Translations under genes and position numbers: made by a program
The notes under the pieces: generated by a model
What the model saw: the letters and a program-made list of their open reading frames with translations, nothing else
The model's database searches: none
Told to the model about the DNA's origin: nothing
Part shown: positions 39,207 through 49,274 of the stretch, piece by piece
Layout of the letters: every line of letters starts with the position of its first letter
Numbering within the stretch: position 1 is the first letter of the stretch
Assembly: GCA_044229975.1 (NCBI GenBank)
Contig: JBGARZ010000027.1
Coordinates: 34,499-98,498, forward strand
DNA length: 64,000 nucleotides
Direction: 5' to 3'
DNA from: Polyangiales bacterium
GTDB taxonomy: Bacteria; Myxococcota_A; Polyangia; Polyangiales; Ga0077539

Positions 39207-39404
39207 CGCAATCCACGCGCCGTGACGAGTTCGCCGAGGCGGGGCGGGACGGCGCTGTCCTGGCGCGCGAGACGACCGCTCAGTTGTGCGTCGATCGCAC
39301 AGCGGGGTGTGAGCAACCCACACACGGCTGCGGTCCGCGATCGGCCTCGGGACGGCCTCTCCAACTGCCCCGTGCGCCTCGTGCGCTGAGGCACACGCGT
39401 TGCT
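39207..39404. promoter_or_regulatory. Divergent sigma54 promoters sharing a perfect motif A palindrome
   Basis: Minus CGGCGCGTGGATTGCG (39222-39207); tgtgcg-tcgat-cgcaca 39285-39301; plus AGGCACACGCGTTGCT 39389-39404. Confidence 0.75.
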
Positions 39405-39432
39405 GAAGCGCGTCATGTCGCGGTCCCGCTCG

Positions 39433-39969
39433 ATGATCGACTTCGACGAGATGGTGGGTCTCCGCGCGCTCGGTGATCGCGACACGGCGAGCGTCCCCCC
39501 GCTCGTCCCGGTGGGAGTGCGGCGGTCCGAGCTGGCTCCGCCGCCGATCGCGCCGCTCGCGTCTCCGACGACGCATTCGCGCTTGGCAGCATCGTTCGCG
39601 GTGCTGTGGATCGAGGAGCCCGCCCGCAGCCCGCGCCGTGTGACGCTACCGGTGCACCACGCGGTGCGCGTCGGGCGGTCGACGCAAACGGACGTCCCCA
39701 TCGCGGACCTCACGGCCTCGCGCCACCACGCCGTCGTCTGGTTCGACGGAGATCAGGTCACCATCGTCGACGACCTGAGCCGGAACGGGCTCCTCTTCCG
39801 GGGGTCGCCCGCGTCCGGCGAGGTTGCGTTGACGCCGGGGGTCGCGGTGCAGATCGGCAGGACGAAACTCCTGCGCGCGGTACGTCCGTACGCCTCCGAC
39901 GAGCGCGCCTTCTTCGCGATCCCCGGCATGGTCGCGCAAGCACGAAGGCTCGCCGCCACCGAACTGTAG
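39433..39969 (+). CDS. Stand-alone FHA-domain protein (start could be 39415)
   Basis: VGRS, SRHHA, SRNG FHA motifs. Confidence 0.8.
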   Translation: MIDFDEMVGLRALGDRDTASVPPLVPVGVRRSELAPPPIAPLASPTTHSRLAASFAVLWIEEPARSPRRVTLPVHHAVRVGRSTQTDVPIADLTASRHHAVVWFDGDQVTIVDDLSRNGLLFRGSPASGEVALTPGVAVQIGRTKLLRAVRPYASDERAFFAIPGMVAQARRLAATEL

Positions 39970-40036
39970 CTGTCGCCTGACACGGGTGGCGCATCTCGTG
40001 GGTGAGAGAGCCTGGGTGCACCAGCGCAGGGCGTCG

Positions 40037-41026
40037 CTACCCGATCACCTCAGCGACGGGGCGGCGGCGCGTCTCGCGGCCATCGGGACCGAACCCCATG
40101 CGCAGGATGGCCTGCGGGAACCCGCGGCGACCGGCCAGATCGCCGACCCATCGCCGCAGCTTCGGGATCTCCACGGGTTGATTGAGGAACGACGCCGCGA
40201 TGTCTTCGCTCTCCGCCCGGAGCAGCACCCGGTCGAGGGCCTCGCCCGCCCTCAGCCAGTGCGCCGACGAGTCGCCGTCGGTCCCGAGGATCACGAGCAG
40301 GGGAGAGCACCGGGCGAGGTCGACGTCGACGTCGCGGGTGCCATCGCCCGGTCGCGTGTCGAGGAGGCGGGAGGTCGGCGGGGCGGGGGGCTGCCCGACA
40401 TCGGCGCCGTCTCCGAGGCCGAAGAGTCCGTCCCGCGCATCACTCGCGTCGGGTCGCATCCAGGACGTGAGCTCGCTTCGGAAGCGTGGGTCGCTCCATT
40501 GGCGATGGTGGGCCTCCATCACGAGCGCGATCAGCGCGACGCGGGCGCTATCTCCCGACAGCGTGACCAGCCACGCGCCCTCCGTCTCGGCGTCCTGCCG
40601 AACCCGCGCCACGAACTCTTCGGGCAGATCGACTCCGAGGTACGGCGCCCGGATGGTGTGGCGCCACGGGATCGCCTCGGCGAGGGCGCGCTCGTCCTCG
40701 GTGGGAAGTGTGCCCGGGCGCACCTCCACGCGCGCGAGCAGGTCGCGATCGGTCGGATCGGGGACTCGCTCGACCGCGACGTCCAGGGCGGCCGCGCGCA
40801 GCGCCACGCGGAGCTGGAAGAGCGCCGCGCCGCAGCTGATGGTGAGCTCGCGCCCGTCGGGGTCGACGACCGGAAGCGCGCGCCCGCGATCGGCGCGCAG
40901 GTCGATGGAGGTGTCGCGGACGACGAAGCGCCAGGGCTGGCTGTTGTGGGGGGAGGGAGCGAGCACGGCCTGGGCGACGGCGCGGCGGAGCGATTCGGAG
41001 AGGGGGCGCGCAGGGTCGTGGAGCAT
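40037..41026 (-). CDS. Acg-type FMN-binding nitroreductase-family protein
   Basis: APSPHNSQPWRF, DPDGRELTISCGAAL, LNQPVE, RRRPV. Confidence 0.9.
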   Translation of the reverse strand: MLHDPARPLSESLRRAVAQAVLAPSPHNSQPWRFVVRDTSIDLRADRGRALPVVDPDGRELTISCGAALFQLRVALRAAALDVAVERVPDPTDRDLLARVEVRPGTLPTEDERALAEAIPWRHTIRAPYLGVDLPEEFVARVRQDAETEGAWLVTLSGDSARVALIALVMEAHHRQWSDPRFRSELTSWMRPDASDARDGLFGLGDGADVGQPPAPPTSRLLDTRPGDGTRDVDVDLARCSPLLVILGTDGDSSAHWLRAGEALDRVLLRAESEDIAASFLNQPVEIPKLRRWVGDLAGRRGFPQAILRMGFGPDGRETRRRPVAEVIG

Positions 41027-41069
41027 GTGGGTCGGTGGACTCTCGTGAGTGGGGATTTGGGGGACTGCC

Positions 41070-41294
41070 TCAATCGCGGCCGAGGGGGACGAAGGCGGGC
41101 TCCTCGCAGCGGCACACGGCGCATCCTCGCGCGCTGACGTAGACGCATCGCTCGCGGATCACGCAGCGGAGGGGCAGCGCGCCGTCGCAGCGTCGACCGT
41201 CACGCGGCGGGACGCACCCGCCTGAGATCGAAAGGCCCACCAGGTAGATCGCGACCACGGCAGCTCGACCCGTTCGTCGGTCATGGGTCCTCAT
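41070..41294 (-). CDS. Small Cys-rich lipoprotein-like protein
   Basis: 74 aa; hydrophobic stretch, GGC, six further Cys; lies right after a strong sigma54 box. Confidence 0.55.
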   Translation of the reverse strand: MRTHDRRTGRAAVVAIYLVGLSISGGCVPPRDGRRCDGALPLRCVIRERCVYVSARGCAVCRCEEPAFVPLGRD

Positions 41295-41311
41295 CGCGAC
41301 GGCTGCGGGTG

Positions 41312-41449
41312 AGCAATCAGGATGCCACTCGCACCCCTGATCCCACCCAACCGCCGCGCGGCGCCCGACGCGTCTGTTGCCCACTCACCAAGGAGCCGCG
41401 AGGCTCGCAGGGCCGACGCATGGGTTGCATCCGTGGCGCAACACCTGCG
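41312..41449 (-). promoter_or_regulatory. Sigma54 promoter plus tandem motif B
   Basis: Minus TGGCATCCTGATTGCT (41327-41312); cgca-tgggt-tgca 41417-41429 and cgca-acacc-tgcg 41437-41449. Confidence 0.75.
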
Positions 41450-41533
41450 TTGCGATCGTCGTTCGGGGGTGGAGCCGACGGTCGTCCGGCTCGGCGGATT
41501 CATGAGTCTCTCCCGGTTCGCCGATGGGTGAGC

Positions 41534-42250
41534 CTACGTGGCGCGCGTCGGGCCCGCCCCCGCCGTCCGCTGATCGGACACGATGCGCCCGTCGACGAGG
41601 TCGATGGTGCGGTCGCAGCGGGCGGCGAGCCGAGGGTCGTGCGTGACGATGAGAAACGCGACGCCGAGCTCGCGGTTGAACTCCCGCATCACCTCGAAGA
41701 TCTGATCGGAGGTCTTCGTGTCGAGGTTGCCCGTGGGCTCGTCCGCGAGCACCAGCGGCGGGCCGAGCGCGAGGGCCCGCGCGATGGCCACCCGCTGCTG
41801 CTGGCCGCCGGACATCTCGCTGGGACGCGCGTCGGCCCTCGCTCCGAGGCCCACGCGGTCGAGCAGCGCCCGCGCGCGCGGCGCCATCTCCTTCGCCGTG
41901 CGCCCCGCGGCGGCGAGCATGGGCATCATCACGTTCTCGCACGCGGTGAGACCCGGCAGGAGGTGGTGGAACTGGAACACGAACCCGATGGAGCGCCCCC
42001 GCAGTCGCGTGAGCCCGGCGTCGTCGAGGCCCGTGGTCTCCTCGCCGACGATGGTGACCTTGCCCGTGGTCGGCCGGTCGAGCAGCCCGAGGATGTTGAG
42101 CAGCGTGCTCTTGCCCGACCCCGACGGCCCGACCAGGGCGGCGAACTCCCCGTGGTCGATGCGCAGGTCGACGCCCTTCAGCACCTCGGTGGTCACCCGC
42201 GTGCCGTAGGACTTGTGCACCGCCTCCAGGTGTAGGACTGCGTCAGCCAT
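41534..42250 (-). CDS. ABC transporter ATP-binding protein (LolD/MacB-like)
   Basis: [25 protein letters not shown]. Confidence 0.95.
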   Translation of the reverse strand: MADAVLHLEAVHKSYGTRVTTEVLKGVDLRIDHGEFAALVGPSGSGKSTLLNILGLLDRPTTGKVTIVGEETTGLDDAGLTRLRGRSIGFVFQFHHLLPGLTACENVMMPMLAAAGRTAKEMAPRARALLDRVGLGARADARPSEMSGGQQQRVAIARALALGPPLVLADEPTGNLDTKTSDQIFEVMREFNRELGVAFLIVTHDPRLAARCDRTIDLVDGRIVSDQRTAGAGPTRAT

Positions 42251-43463
42251 TGCGGATCGCCACCGCCGGGTCGAGGCGCGCCGCGCTCCGGGCGGGCAGC
42301 GCCGCCGCGAAGACGCCAGTGAAGAACGCGATCGCCCCGGAGCGCGCTACGAGCGCGAGGCTGACGGTGATCGGAAACGTGGGGCTGCCGTCGGCGTTGC
42401 GCACGAGGCCTGCGAAGAGTGCCCCGAGGCCCGCACCGAGGGCGGTTCCGATCACCGACCCGACGGCCCCGACCATCGCGCCCTGGAGGAGGAACACCCA
42501 CAGCACGCTGCGCCGCGCCGTGCCCATCGCGCGCAGGATGCCGATCTCCTTCCTCTTCTGCACCACCGACACCACCAGCACGCTCGCGATGCCCATGGCC
42601 ACCGCCAGGATGACGAAGAACTGGATCATCTGGCTGGAGCTGCTCTGCGACCGCAGCGCCGTGAGTAGCTGCGCGTTGGTGGTCATCCAGCTGTCCGAGA
42701 TGAGCCCCGTGCGGGAGGTGATGTCCGCCGCGACCGCGTCGGCGGAGAAGATCTCGCGAACCCGCACCTCGACGCTCGACACGCCGCCGACCAGGTCGAG
42801 CAGGGTCTGCGCGCCCCGCGTCGCCACGATGACCCACCGGCGGTTGACCTCGCGGTTGCCGAGGTCGAACACCCCGTTGACGGTGTAGACGTCGCCCGCG
42901 CCGCCCGTCGCGACCACGCGGACCTTGTCGCCCACCGCGACGCCGAGGTCGACCGCGAGCTCGCGGCCGATGACGCAGCCGGTGCCGGTGGGCTCGAAGT
43001 GCCCGGCGACGATGCGCTGACGCACCGGGTAGATGCGGGCGAAGCGGTCGGCCTCGACGCCGTAGAGGACCACCGCGCGGGTGGCGTTGCCGCGGATCGC
43101 CACCGCGGGGCCGGACACCGTCGGCGACACCGCCGTCACCGCGGGCATCGCCGCGAGGCCGTCGACGACCTGTTGCCACCCGACGATGGACCGCGCCCGC
43201 TGCGCCGTGCGCTCGACGCGCGCGGCCACCACCGCGGAGCCGCCGGGGTCGAGCATCGGGCGCGCGACCTCGTCCGGTGGGCGCACCACCACGTGGGCCT
43301 GGGTGCCGAGGGTCTGCGCCACGAGGCTGGTCTGGAGCCCGTCGATGAGCGCGGACAGGAAGACCATCACCGCGACGCCGACGGACACGCCCGCCACGAT
43401 GAGCACGGACTGGAGCCGCCCCTCCCGAAAGAACCGCAGCGCGAGGAACCACGAGATGGGCAT
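42243..43463 (-). CDS. ABC transporter permease (FtsX/LolE/MacB-like)
   Basis: N-terminal TM, periplasmic domain, EIGILRAMG, three C-terminal TMs, [10 protein letters not shown]. Confidence 0.92.
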   Translation of the reverse strand: MPISWFLALRFFREGRLQSVLIVAGVSVGVAVMVFLSALIDGLQTSLVAQTLGTQAHVVVRPPDEVARPMLDPGGSAVVAARVERTAQRARSIVGWQQVVDGLAAMPAVTAVSPTVSGPAVAIRGNATRAVVLYGVEADRFARIYPVRQRIVAGHFEPTGTGCVIGRELAVDLGVAVGDKVRVVATGGAGDVYTVNGVFDLGNREVNRRWVIVATRGAQTLLDLVGGVSSVEVRVREIFSADAVAADITSRTGLISDSWMTTNAQLLTALRSQSSSSQMIQFFVILAVAMGIASVLVVSVVQKRKEIGILRAMGTARRSVLWVFLLQGAMVGAVGSVIGTALGAGLGALFAGLVRNADGSPTFPITVSLALVARSGAIAFFTGVFAAALPARSAARLDPAVAIRNG

Positions 43464-43474
43464 CGTGCTCCCCG

Positions 43475-44698
43475 TCAGCGCCCGCGCGCCACGGGCAACG
43501 GCCGAACGCGTCGGCCCACGGCCACCGTCGCAGCGCTCGCGGGCACCACCGCCTCGCCGTCGCGCAGACCGCCCGCCACCTCGATCACGCGCTCGCCGCG
43601 GAGACCGAGCGCCACCGGCCGCCGCTCCGTGTGGCCGTCGGCGCCGACCACCATCACCCACGGCGCGCGCGTCGCGGCGTCGCGCACGGCGTCCGGCGGA
43701 AGCGTCAGGGCGCCCGCGCGCCGGGCCACCTCGACCTCGACCGAGACGGTCATCGCGGGACGCAGGTACGACGGCGCGGAGGGCACCCGCAGCCGGAGCT
43801 CGACGGTGCCGTGCAGCGCGTCGATGGTGGGCGCGATGAACGCGACCTCGGCGGGAAACGGACGGTCCGGGAAGGCCTCGGCGGAGGCCAGCGCGGGCTG
43901 CCCCACGCGGAGGTCGGAGAGGTTGCGCTCGTCCGGGGTGATGGAGAGTTCTACCGGGCCATCGCGGAGCAGCACCAGCAGCGCCCGGCCCGGGCTCACC
44001 ACGTCGCCGGGCTCGACGCTTCGGCGCATCACGACGCCCGCCGCCGGGGCCGCGACGCGCGCCTGGGAGAGCCGAGCCTCGGCCACGCGCAGTCCGGCCT
44101 CGGCCTGCACGCGGGTCGCGACTGCCACGCGCGCGTCGCCACCCCCGGCAGCGGACCCGGCGGCGGCGACCTGCGCCGATTGAAGCTGCGAGCGCGCGAC
44201 GTCGAGCGAGCGCTGCGCCGATTCGAGGTCCGCCGCCGCGACCGACCCGGAGCGGAAGAGCGATTCCTGCCGGGCCCAGGTGGCCTGCGCCGCGCGGAGC
44301 GTCGCCTCGGCCTGACGCACCGACGCGTCGGCGACCCGCGACGAGACGGTGCGGAGCTGCGACTCGCGCGACGCCGCCACGAGCACCCCGGCGCGGGCCT
44401 GCGCGACCTGCGTCGTGAGCTCGGCGTCGTCGAGCTCGACGAGCACCTGACCCGACGCGACCCGCTCGCCCTCGCGAGCGTGGACCGCGCGCACGACGCC
44501 GCCGAGGGGGGTCCCGAGGCTCACCTCCGCCGGGCTGAGCACGCGCCCGCTGGACACCACGGTCTGCACCACCTCGCGACGCGCGGGGCGCACCACCGTC
44601 ACCCACGGGCCTCGCACGCGCTGCACCCCGAACCACGCCACGGTCGCGAGCGCGCTTGCGATCACGACCCCCAGCGTCGCCCATCGCGTCCATCTCAT
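43475..44698 (-). CDS. Efflux membrane-fusion (periplasmic adaptor) protein
   Basis: Lipoyl-like halves, coiled-coil hairpin, [16 protein letters not shown]. Confidence 0.92.
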   Translation of the reverse strand: MRWTRWATLGVVIASALATVAWFGVQRVRGPWVTVVRPARREVVQTVVSSGRVLSPAEVSLGTPLGGVVRAVHAREGERVASGQVLVELDDAELTTQVAQARAGVLVAASRESQLRTVSSRVADASVRQAEATLRAAQATWARQESLFRSGSVAAADLESAQRSLDVARSQLQSAQVAAAGSAAGGGDARVAVATRVQAEAGLRVAEARLSQARVAAPAAGVVMRRSVEPGDVVSPGRALLVLLRDGPVELSITPDERNLSDLRVGQPALASAEAFPDRPFPAEVAFIAPTIDALHGTVELRLRVPSAPSYLRPAMTVSVEVEVARRAGALTLPPDAVRDAATRAPWVMVVGADGHTERRPVALGLRGERVIEVAGGLRDGEAVVPASAATVAVGRRVRPLPVARGR

Positions 44699-44880
44699 CG
44701 CGGATACGCCCCGTCGATCATGAGGACCGGGAGCTGCCGCGCGGCCTTCTTGGAGTGGTGCATGCTCTGGTGGAAGGGGAGCGTCGGCGCGGGGCGGATC
44801 ATACTTCGGCCTGCGTACTCATGGCAGCGGGCCTCGCGAGGTGATGGGTCGTGTCTGGTCGGGACGGCGCATGGAAGGGC

Positions 44881-45285
44881 TCACGCCCCCGCGGCGTCTG
44901 GTGCGAGCGCGACGTCGATGGTCGGCGCGGCCGCGAGGGTGCGCTTGACCTTGCAGTTGCCGACCGCCCGAAGCATCGCCGCGCGGTGGCTCTCGGGGAA
45001 CCCCACGGGGAGCCGTAGCGCCAGCGCGATGCGGGTCGGGATGCCCGCCGCGTCGGCCTCGTAGCGCAACGAGAGCGCGAGCCCCTCGGTCGGCAGGTTG
45101 CGGCCCTGGCAGAAGGCGAGGGCGTAGTAGCCCGCGCAGGTCGCGAGCGACGCGAGGAAGAGCTCGAAGGGGCCCGGCGCACCGCCCGCCCCGCCCGCCT
45201 CGACGGGTTGATCCGTTCGCACGGTGAACTCACCCAGGCGCGCGTCTACGCGCTTGCCGCCGGGAAACGTGACGTCGATCTCCAT
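44881..45285 (-). CDS. OsmC-family protein
   Basis: TDQP..GG.G.APGPFELFLASLATC...CKVK. Confidence 0.9.
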   Translation of the reverse strand: MEIDVTFPGGKRVDARLGEFTVRTDQPVEAGGAGGAPGPFELFLASLATCAGYYALAFCQGRNLPTEGLALSLRYEADAAGIPTRIALALRLPVGFPESHRAAMLRAVGNCKVKRTLAAAPTIDVALAPDAAGA

Positions 45286-45364
45286 GGCCTTCTTCCTCCT
45301 CCCGGAGGCCGCGTCCGCCGGGCGCGTCCGGTTAGCCTTCGGGGTCTTCCTCCAGGGCGCCGAC

Positions 45365-45536
45365 AGCAACCCGCGCGCCGCGGCGGCACCCGGCTCTCCG
45401 CGACCGCGCGTTCGGGCAGAACCGTCGGGGTCGACGCACTCCATTCGCGAGCGGCGCAGGAGCTGCGCGGCGCCGTCGGGCAGCGACCACGTCCACGATC
45501 ATCACGGCCCCTTCGCCCGCTGGAACGGGTCTCGCT
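45365..45536. promoter_or_regulatory. Divergent sigma54 promoters with central motif B
   Basis: Minus CGGCGCGCGGGTTGCT (45380-45365); cgca-ggagc-tgcg 45455-45467; plus TGGAACGGGTCTCGCT 45521-45536. Confidence 0.65.
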
Positions 45537-45572
45537 ACGGAGCGCGCGACGACTTCACGAGAAGGGGATGCG

Positions 45573-46565
45573 ATGACCACCGAACACGCGACGTACGCAC
45601 ACGACGAAGCCATCCGCCTGGCCCTGACGGAGGCCCTTCGGGCGCCCTCGTCCCACAACTCGCAGCCCTGGCGCTTCCGCGCGCACGGCTCCTCCATCGA
45701 GCTGCTGGCCGATCGAACGCGCGCGCTGCCGGTGGTCGACCCCGACCAGCGGGAGTTGACCATCAGCTGCGGGGCGGCGCTCTTTCATCTCCGCCTCGCG
45801 CTGCGCGCCCGCGGCTTCGACGTGGACGTCGAGTACCTCCCCCACGATCCCGAGCGCGACCTCCTCGCGCGCCTCCACGTGCGACGACCCGGCCGCGTCC
45901 CGAGCGAGAGCGAGGTCGCCCTCCACCGGGCCATCCCCGCGCGCCACTCGTCACGGTCCCCGTACCTCGACGTCACGGTGCCCGACGAGCTCGTCGAGCG
46001 GCTGCGCCTGGACGCGGAGGCGGAGGGCGCGTGGCTTGTGCCGCTCGCCAGCGAGTCCCAGCGGATCAGGCTCGTCGCCCTCGTGATGGAGGCCGACCAC
46101 CTCCAGTGGAGCAACCCCGCGTTCCGCCGGGAGCTCGCGGAGTGGATGCGCCCCAACGACAGCGACGCGCGCGACGGGGTCTTCGGTTACGCGGTCGGCG
46201 TCGACAATGTGGAGTCCCACCTGATGGCGATGGCGACCCGCCTGCTCGACCGGGGCTCTCGCCAGGCGGTGCTCGACCGCGATCTGCTGGAGGCCACGCC
46301 CCTGCTCGCCGTCCTCGGCACGACCGGCGACGATCGCCGGGACTGGATCCGCGCGGGCGAGGCGCTCGATCGCGTGCTGCTGCGCGCGCAGAGCGAGGAC
46401 TTGAGGGCCGCGTTCGTCAACCAGGCCGTCGAGGCGTCCGAGCAGCGGGCGAGGGTGCGAGAGCTCACCGGGCACGCCGGGTTTCCGCAGATCATCCTCC
46501 GCCTCGGCTACGGCCTCGCCGGTCAACCGACGCCGCGTCGTCCCCTCTCCGCGGTACTGGAGTAG
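45573..46565 (+). CDS. Acg-type FMN-binding nitroreductase-family protein (paralog of 40037-41026)
   Basis: APSSHNSQPWRF, DPDQRELTISCGAAL, PRRPL. Confidence 0.9.
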   Translation: MTTEHATYAHDEAIRLALTEALRAPSSHNSQPWRFRAHGSSIELLADRTRALPVVDPDQRELTISCGAALFHLRLALRARGFDVDVEYLPHDPERDLLARLHVRRPGRVPSESEVALHRAIPARHSSRSPYLDVTVPDELVERLRLDAEAEGAWLVPLASESQRIRLVALVMEADHLQWSNPAFRRELAEWMRPNDSDARDGVFGYAVGVDNVESHLMAMATRLLDRGSRQAVLDRDLLEATPLLAVLGTTGDDRRDWIRAGEALDRVLLRAQSEDLRAAFVNQAVEASEQRARVRELTGHAGFPQIILRLGYGLAGQPTPRRPLSAVLE

Positions 46566-46821
46566 CGGGCGCCCGTCGCGACGACGGCGTTGAACGGCCG
46601 GATGGAGCACTGGGGGAGGGAGGCGCCCGCTCGGTAGGCGTCGCGTGGCTGACCGCGGCCCTCGCCCTCCTCGCGGCGTCCTCCGGCGGGTAGCAGCGCG
46701 CCGCGGCGCTTGCGATGGCACGCCGCGCGCACCTGGCCGAGACCTGATTCCTGATCGCGACCGCCGAGGCGGGCCTGGGCGGATGGTTTCAACAACCCAG
46801 ACGGAAGGAGTGGAGTCGACG

Positions 46822-47019
46822 ATGTGCCAGCGAGTGACTTGTCCCAAGTGCCACAAGGCGACGTTTGCAGGCTGCGGGATGCACGTCGAGCAGGTGCTGC
46901 GCGGCGTCCCCGCCGACCAGCGGTGTGCGTGCAACCAGAAGGAGGCCGCCACGCCGGGCGCAGCCGCCAGCGCGAGCACGCCCGCGCCAAAGCGGACGAA
47001 GTGGTGGCCCTTCGGATAG
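46822..47019 (+). CDS. 65-aa Cys/His-rich putative metal-binding protein
   Basis: RBS, MCQRVTCPKCHKATFAGCGMHVEQVL...RCAC; sigma54-like TGGCACGCCGCGCGCA at 46716-46731. Confidence 0.75.
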   Translation: MCQRVTCPKCHKATFAGCGMHVEQVLRGVPADQRCACNQKEAATPGAAASASTPAPKRTKWWPFG

Positions 47020-47026
47020 ACCGGCG

Positions 47027-47503
47027 TCAGATGAAGATGATCTGCGACCCGGCGGCCTTGTCGTAGAAGTCGACGGCGCTGATGACGTCCTTCACCTGCG
47101 GCGCGAGGTCTTCCCGCTTCAGCCGGAACATGTCCATGGCGAGCTGACACGCGTAGAGTTCGGCGCCCGCGTCGCTGAGCATCTCGATGAACTCCGGCAC
47201 CGGCGGGATGTCGAGCTTCTCCATCTCCTTGCGCATCGCGGCGCTCGCGAGCGCCTCGACGCCGGGGAGGCCCGCGATCATCGCGGGTACGGGCACCGAG
47301 GTGTTGCCCACCAGCGAGAGGTGCAGGTGATCGGCCTTTCCCTTCGTGATGATGTCGAGCCCCCAGAAGGTGAAGAACAGCACCGCGTCGATGCCCGACA
47401 TGCGCGCGGCGTTGGCCAGGATCAGCCCCGGGTACGCCATGTCGAGGCTGCCCTTCGAGCAGATGATGCTGATCTTGCGGATGGGTTCTTGGGTCTCACT
47501 CAT
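47027..47503 (-). CDS. DsrE2-like (DsrE/DsrF/DrsH family) sulfur-relay protein
   Basis: KGSLDMAYP, FFTFWGL, YACQLAMD. Confidence 0.9.
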   Translation of the reverse strand: MSETQEPIRKISIICSKGSLDMAYPGLILANAARMSGIDAVLFFTFWGLDIITKGKADHLHLSLVGNTSVPVPAMIAGLPGVEALASAAMRKEMEKLDIPPVPEFIEMLSDAGAELYACQLAMDMFRLKREDLAPQVKDVISAVDFYDKAAGSQIIFI

Positions 47504-47525
47504 GGCTTCGCTCCGGCGTTGGGGG

Positions 47526-47840
47526 TCACAGACAGGACTTCGGCTTCGGGGTGCCCGCGATGCGCGCGATGAGCTTCACGGGGCCCTTCGGAAAGAGGGC
47601 GTAGAGGTCCTTCGTGCCGACGCCCGTGCGGGCCGTGATGCGCCGCATGCCGGGCGTCTGCCCCTGCTCCGTGAAGTCCGCGCGGACGAATTCGACCACC
47701 ACCCAGCTCGCGGGTGTCAGCGCGACCCCGAGCTCCGCGGCGATGGCCTCGCCCGTCTCCCTCGTCCAGGCGTCGGCGTTCGTCAGGTAGCCCTCGGCGT
47801 CGACCTCGACCTCGCGGCCTGCGTAGCTCTTCTTCGTCAT
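47526..47840 (-). CDS. TusE/DsrC-family sulfur carrier with a single C-terminal Cys
   Basis: VDAEGYL, LYALFPKGP, IAGTPKPKSCL. Confidence 0.9.
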   Translation of the reverse strand: MTKKSYAGREVEVDAEGYLTNADAWTRETGEAIAAELGVALTPASWVVVEFVRADFTEQGQTPGMRRITARTGVGTKDLYALFPKGPVKLIARIAGTPKPKSCL

Positions 47841-47856
47841 CGGCGTTCCTCCGGTG

Positions 47857-49101
47857 TCAGTACGGGCGGTGCATCTCGGGGGGCAGGTCCTTGCCCATCA
47901 TCGACATCTGCGTGGGCACCGGAATCGGCCGCGCGGGCAGCAGGCCGTTCCAGTACATCCACTGGAAGGCGAGCTTGCCCCAGTGGTTGGCGCGGCTCTC
48001 CGCGAGCAGCGAGAACGGCCCCACCACCGGGAGCGGATAGCTCCCCGGCAGCGGCTCGACGTCGTAGTTGAAGTCGATGAGCATGGCCTTGCCGTGCCCG
48101 GTCTCGACGAAGCAGTTGGCGTGGCCGTCGAAGCCGCCCTCCGGCTCGCGACCCTCGGCGATGCGCACCAGGTCGTGCACGAGCACCTCGGCCTGGAAGT
48201 GCGCCACGCTGCCCGCCTTCGACGTCGGCAGGTCGGTCGCGTCGCCCAGGACGAAGACGTTCTCCATCCCCTTGGCGCGCAGGGTGTGCGGCTCGGTCGG
48301 GATGAACGCCAGCTCGTTGCCCAGCTTCTGCTTCTCGACCCACGCCGCGCCGGAGTGGGTCGGAACGCTCACGAGGAGGTCGAAGCGCTCCGCGCGGTCG
48401 TCGAAGGAGCGCAGCGTGCGCGTCGCCGCGTCGACCGAGCCCGAGAGAAACTCGGTGACCACCGTGATGTTCTTGTCCGCGATGAGGTGCGCGAGGCGCT
48501 TCGCCGCAAGCGGCCGGGTGAACACCGCGTCGAGCGGCGTGACGAGCACCAGCTCGGTCCGATCGCGCACGCCCTTCCGCTCCAGGTACTCGTCGGCCAG
48601 GAAGAGAAACTCCAGCGGCGCCACGGGGCACTTGATGGGCATCTCGACGACGTTCAGGACGAGGCGACCGCCGGTGAAGCCGTCGAGCGCGCGGGCCAGC
48701 CGCTCCGCGCCGTCGAGCGTGTAGAAGTCGTGCAGCACGGCCGCGCCGCCAGGGTCGGTCAGCCCTTCGAGGAGGTCGGGCCGGATGCGGCAGCCCGACG
48801 CGATCACCAGCACATCGTACGGGAGCGTACGACCGTCCGTGAGGCTCACCGCCCGGCGCACCGGGTCGAGCGCTTCGATGCCTTCGCGCACCCACGCGAC
48901 GCCCTCCGCGAAGGTGTCGACCCGCGGATGCGACAGCTCGGTCGACCCTCCGAACGGAACGAACAACAGCCCCGGTTGATACAGGTGCTCCAGCGCCGGG
49001 TCGACGACCACGACCTCCCAGTCGGAGGGCAGTCGACGTCGGCTCGCGTTGGCGACGATCGTCCCCGCCGTGCCCGCTCCGAGGATCACCAGGTGCTTCA
49101 T
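47857..49101 (-). CDS. Sulfide:quinone oxidoreductase-like flavoprotein (type III-like)
   Basis: GAGTAG Rossmann motif, HLYQPG, IKCPVAPLE, GDAT..SKAGS, GHANCF. Confidence 0.85.
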   Translation of the reverse strand: MKHLVILGAGTAGTIVANASRRRLPSDWEVVVVDPALEHLYQPGLLFVPFGGSTELSHPRVDTFAEGVAWVREGIEALDPVRRAVSLTDGRTLPYDVLVIASGCRIRPDLLEGLTDPGGAAVLHDFYTLDGAERLARALDGFTGGRLVLNVVEMPIKCPVAPLEFLFLADEYLERKGVRDRTELVLVTPLDAVFTRPLAAKRLAHLIADKNITVVTEFLSGSVDAATRTLRSFDDRAERFDLLVSVPTHSGAAWVEKQKLGNELAFIPTEPHTLRAKGMENVFVLGDATDLPTSKAGSVAHFQAEVLVHDLVRIAEGREPEGGFDGHANCFVETGHGKAMLIDFNYDVEPLPGSYPLPVVGPFSLLAESRANHWGKLAFQWMYWNGLLPARPIPVPTQMSMMGKDLPPEMHRPY

Positions 49102-49113
49102 GCCCGTGGCTTG

Positions 49114-49259
49114 AGCAGTCCCCGTGCCGACGCCGTGGACCGCGGAGAGCGCAGGCCAACGGACAGGTCTGGTGCAAGGGGTGCGCGCCAGATGCAAACG
49201 CGGCGCGATGGGTGGCCGGACGCGCCAGCAACGGACGCACCAGCGGCGTGATGGTTGCT
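49114..49259. promoter_or_regulatory. Divergent sigma54 promoters with central motif B
   Basis: Minus CGGCACGGGGACTGCT (49129-49114); tgca-agggg-tgcg 49173-49185; plus CGGCGTGATGGTTGCT 49244-49259. Confidence 0.65.
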
Positions 49260-49274
49260 GACGCGGCGATCGCG

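Noticed and set aside
23265..39303. Motif A as a CRP/FNR or NifA site
   Set aside because: Spacing differs: TGT-N11-ACA here versus TGTGA-N6-TCACA (CRP) and TGT-N10-ACA (NifA).
47526..47840. dsrC as a marker of dissimilatory sulfur metabolism
   Set aside because: The second conserved Cys is absent and there is no dsrAB in the window.
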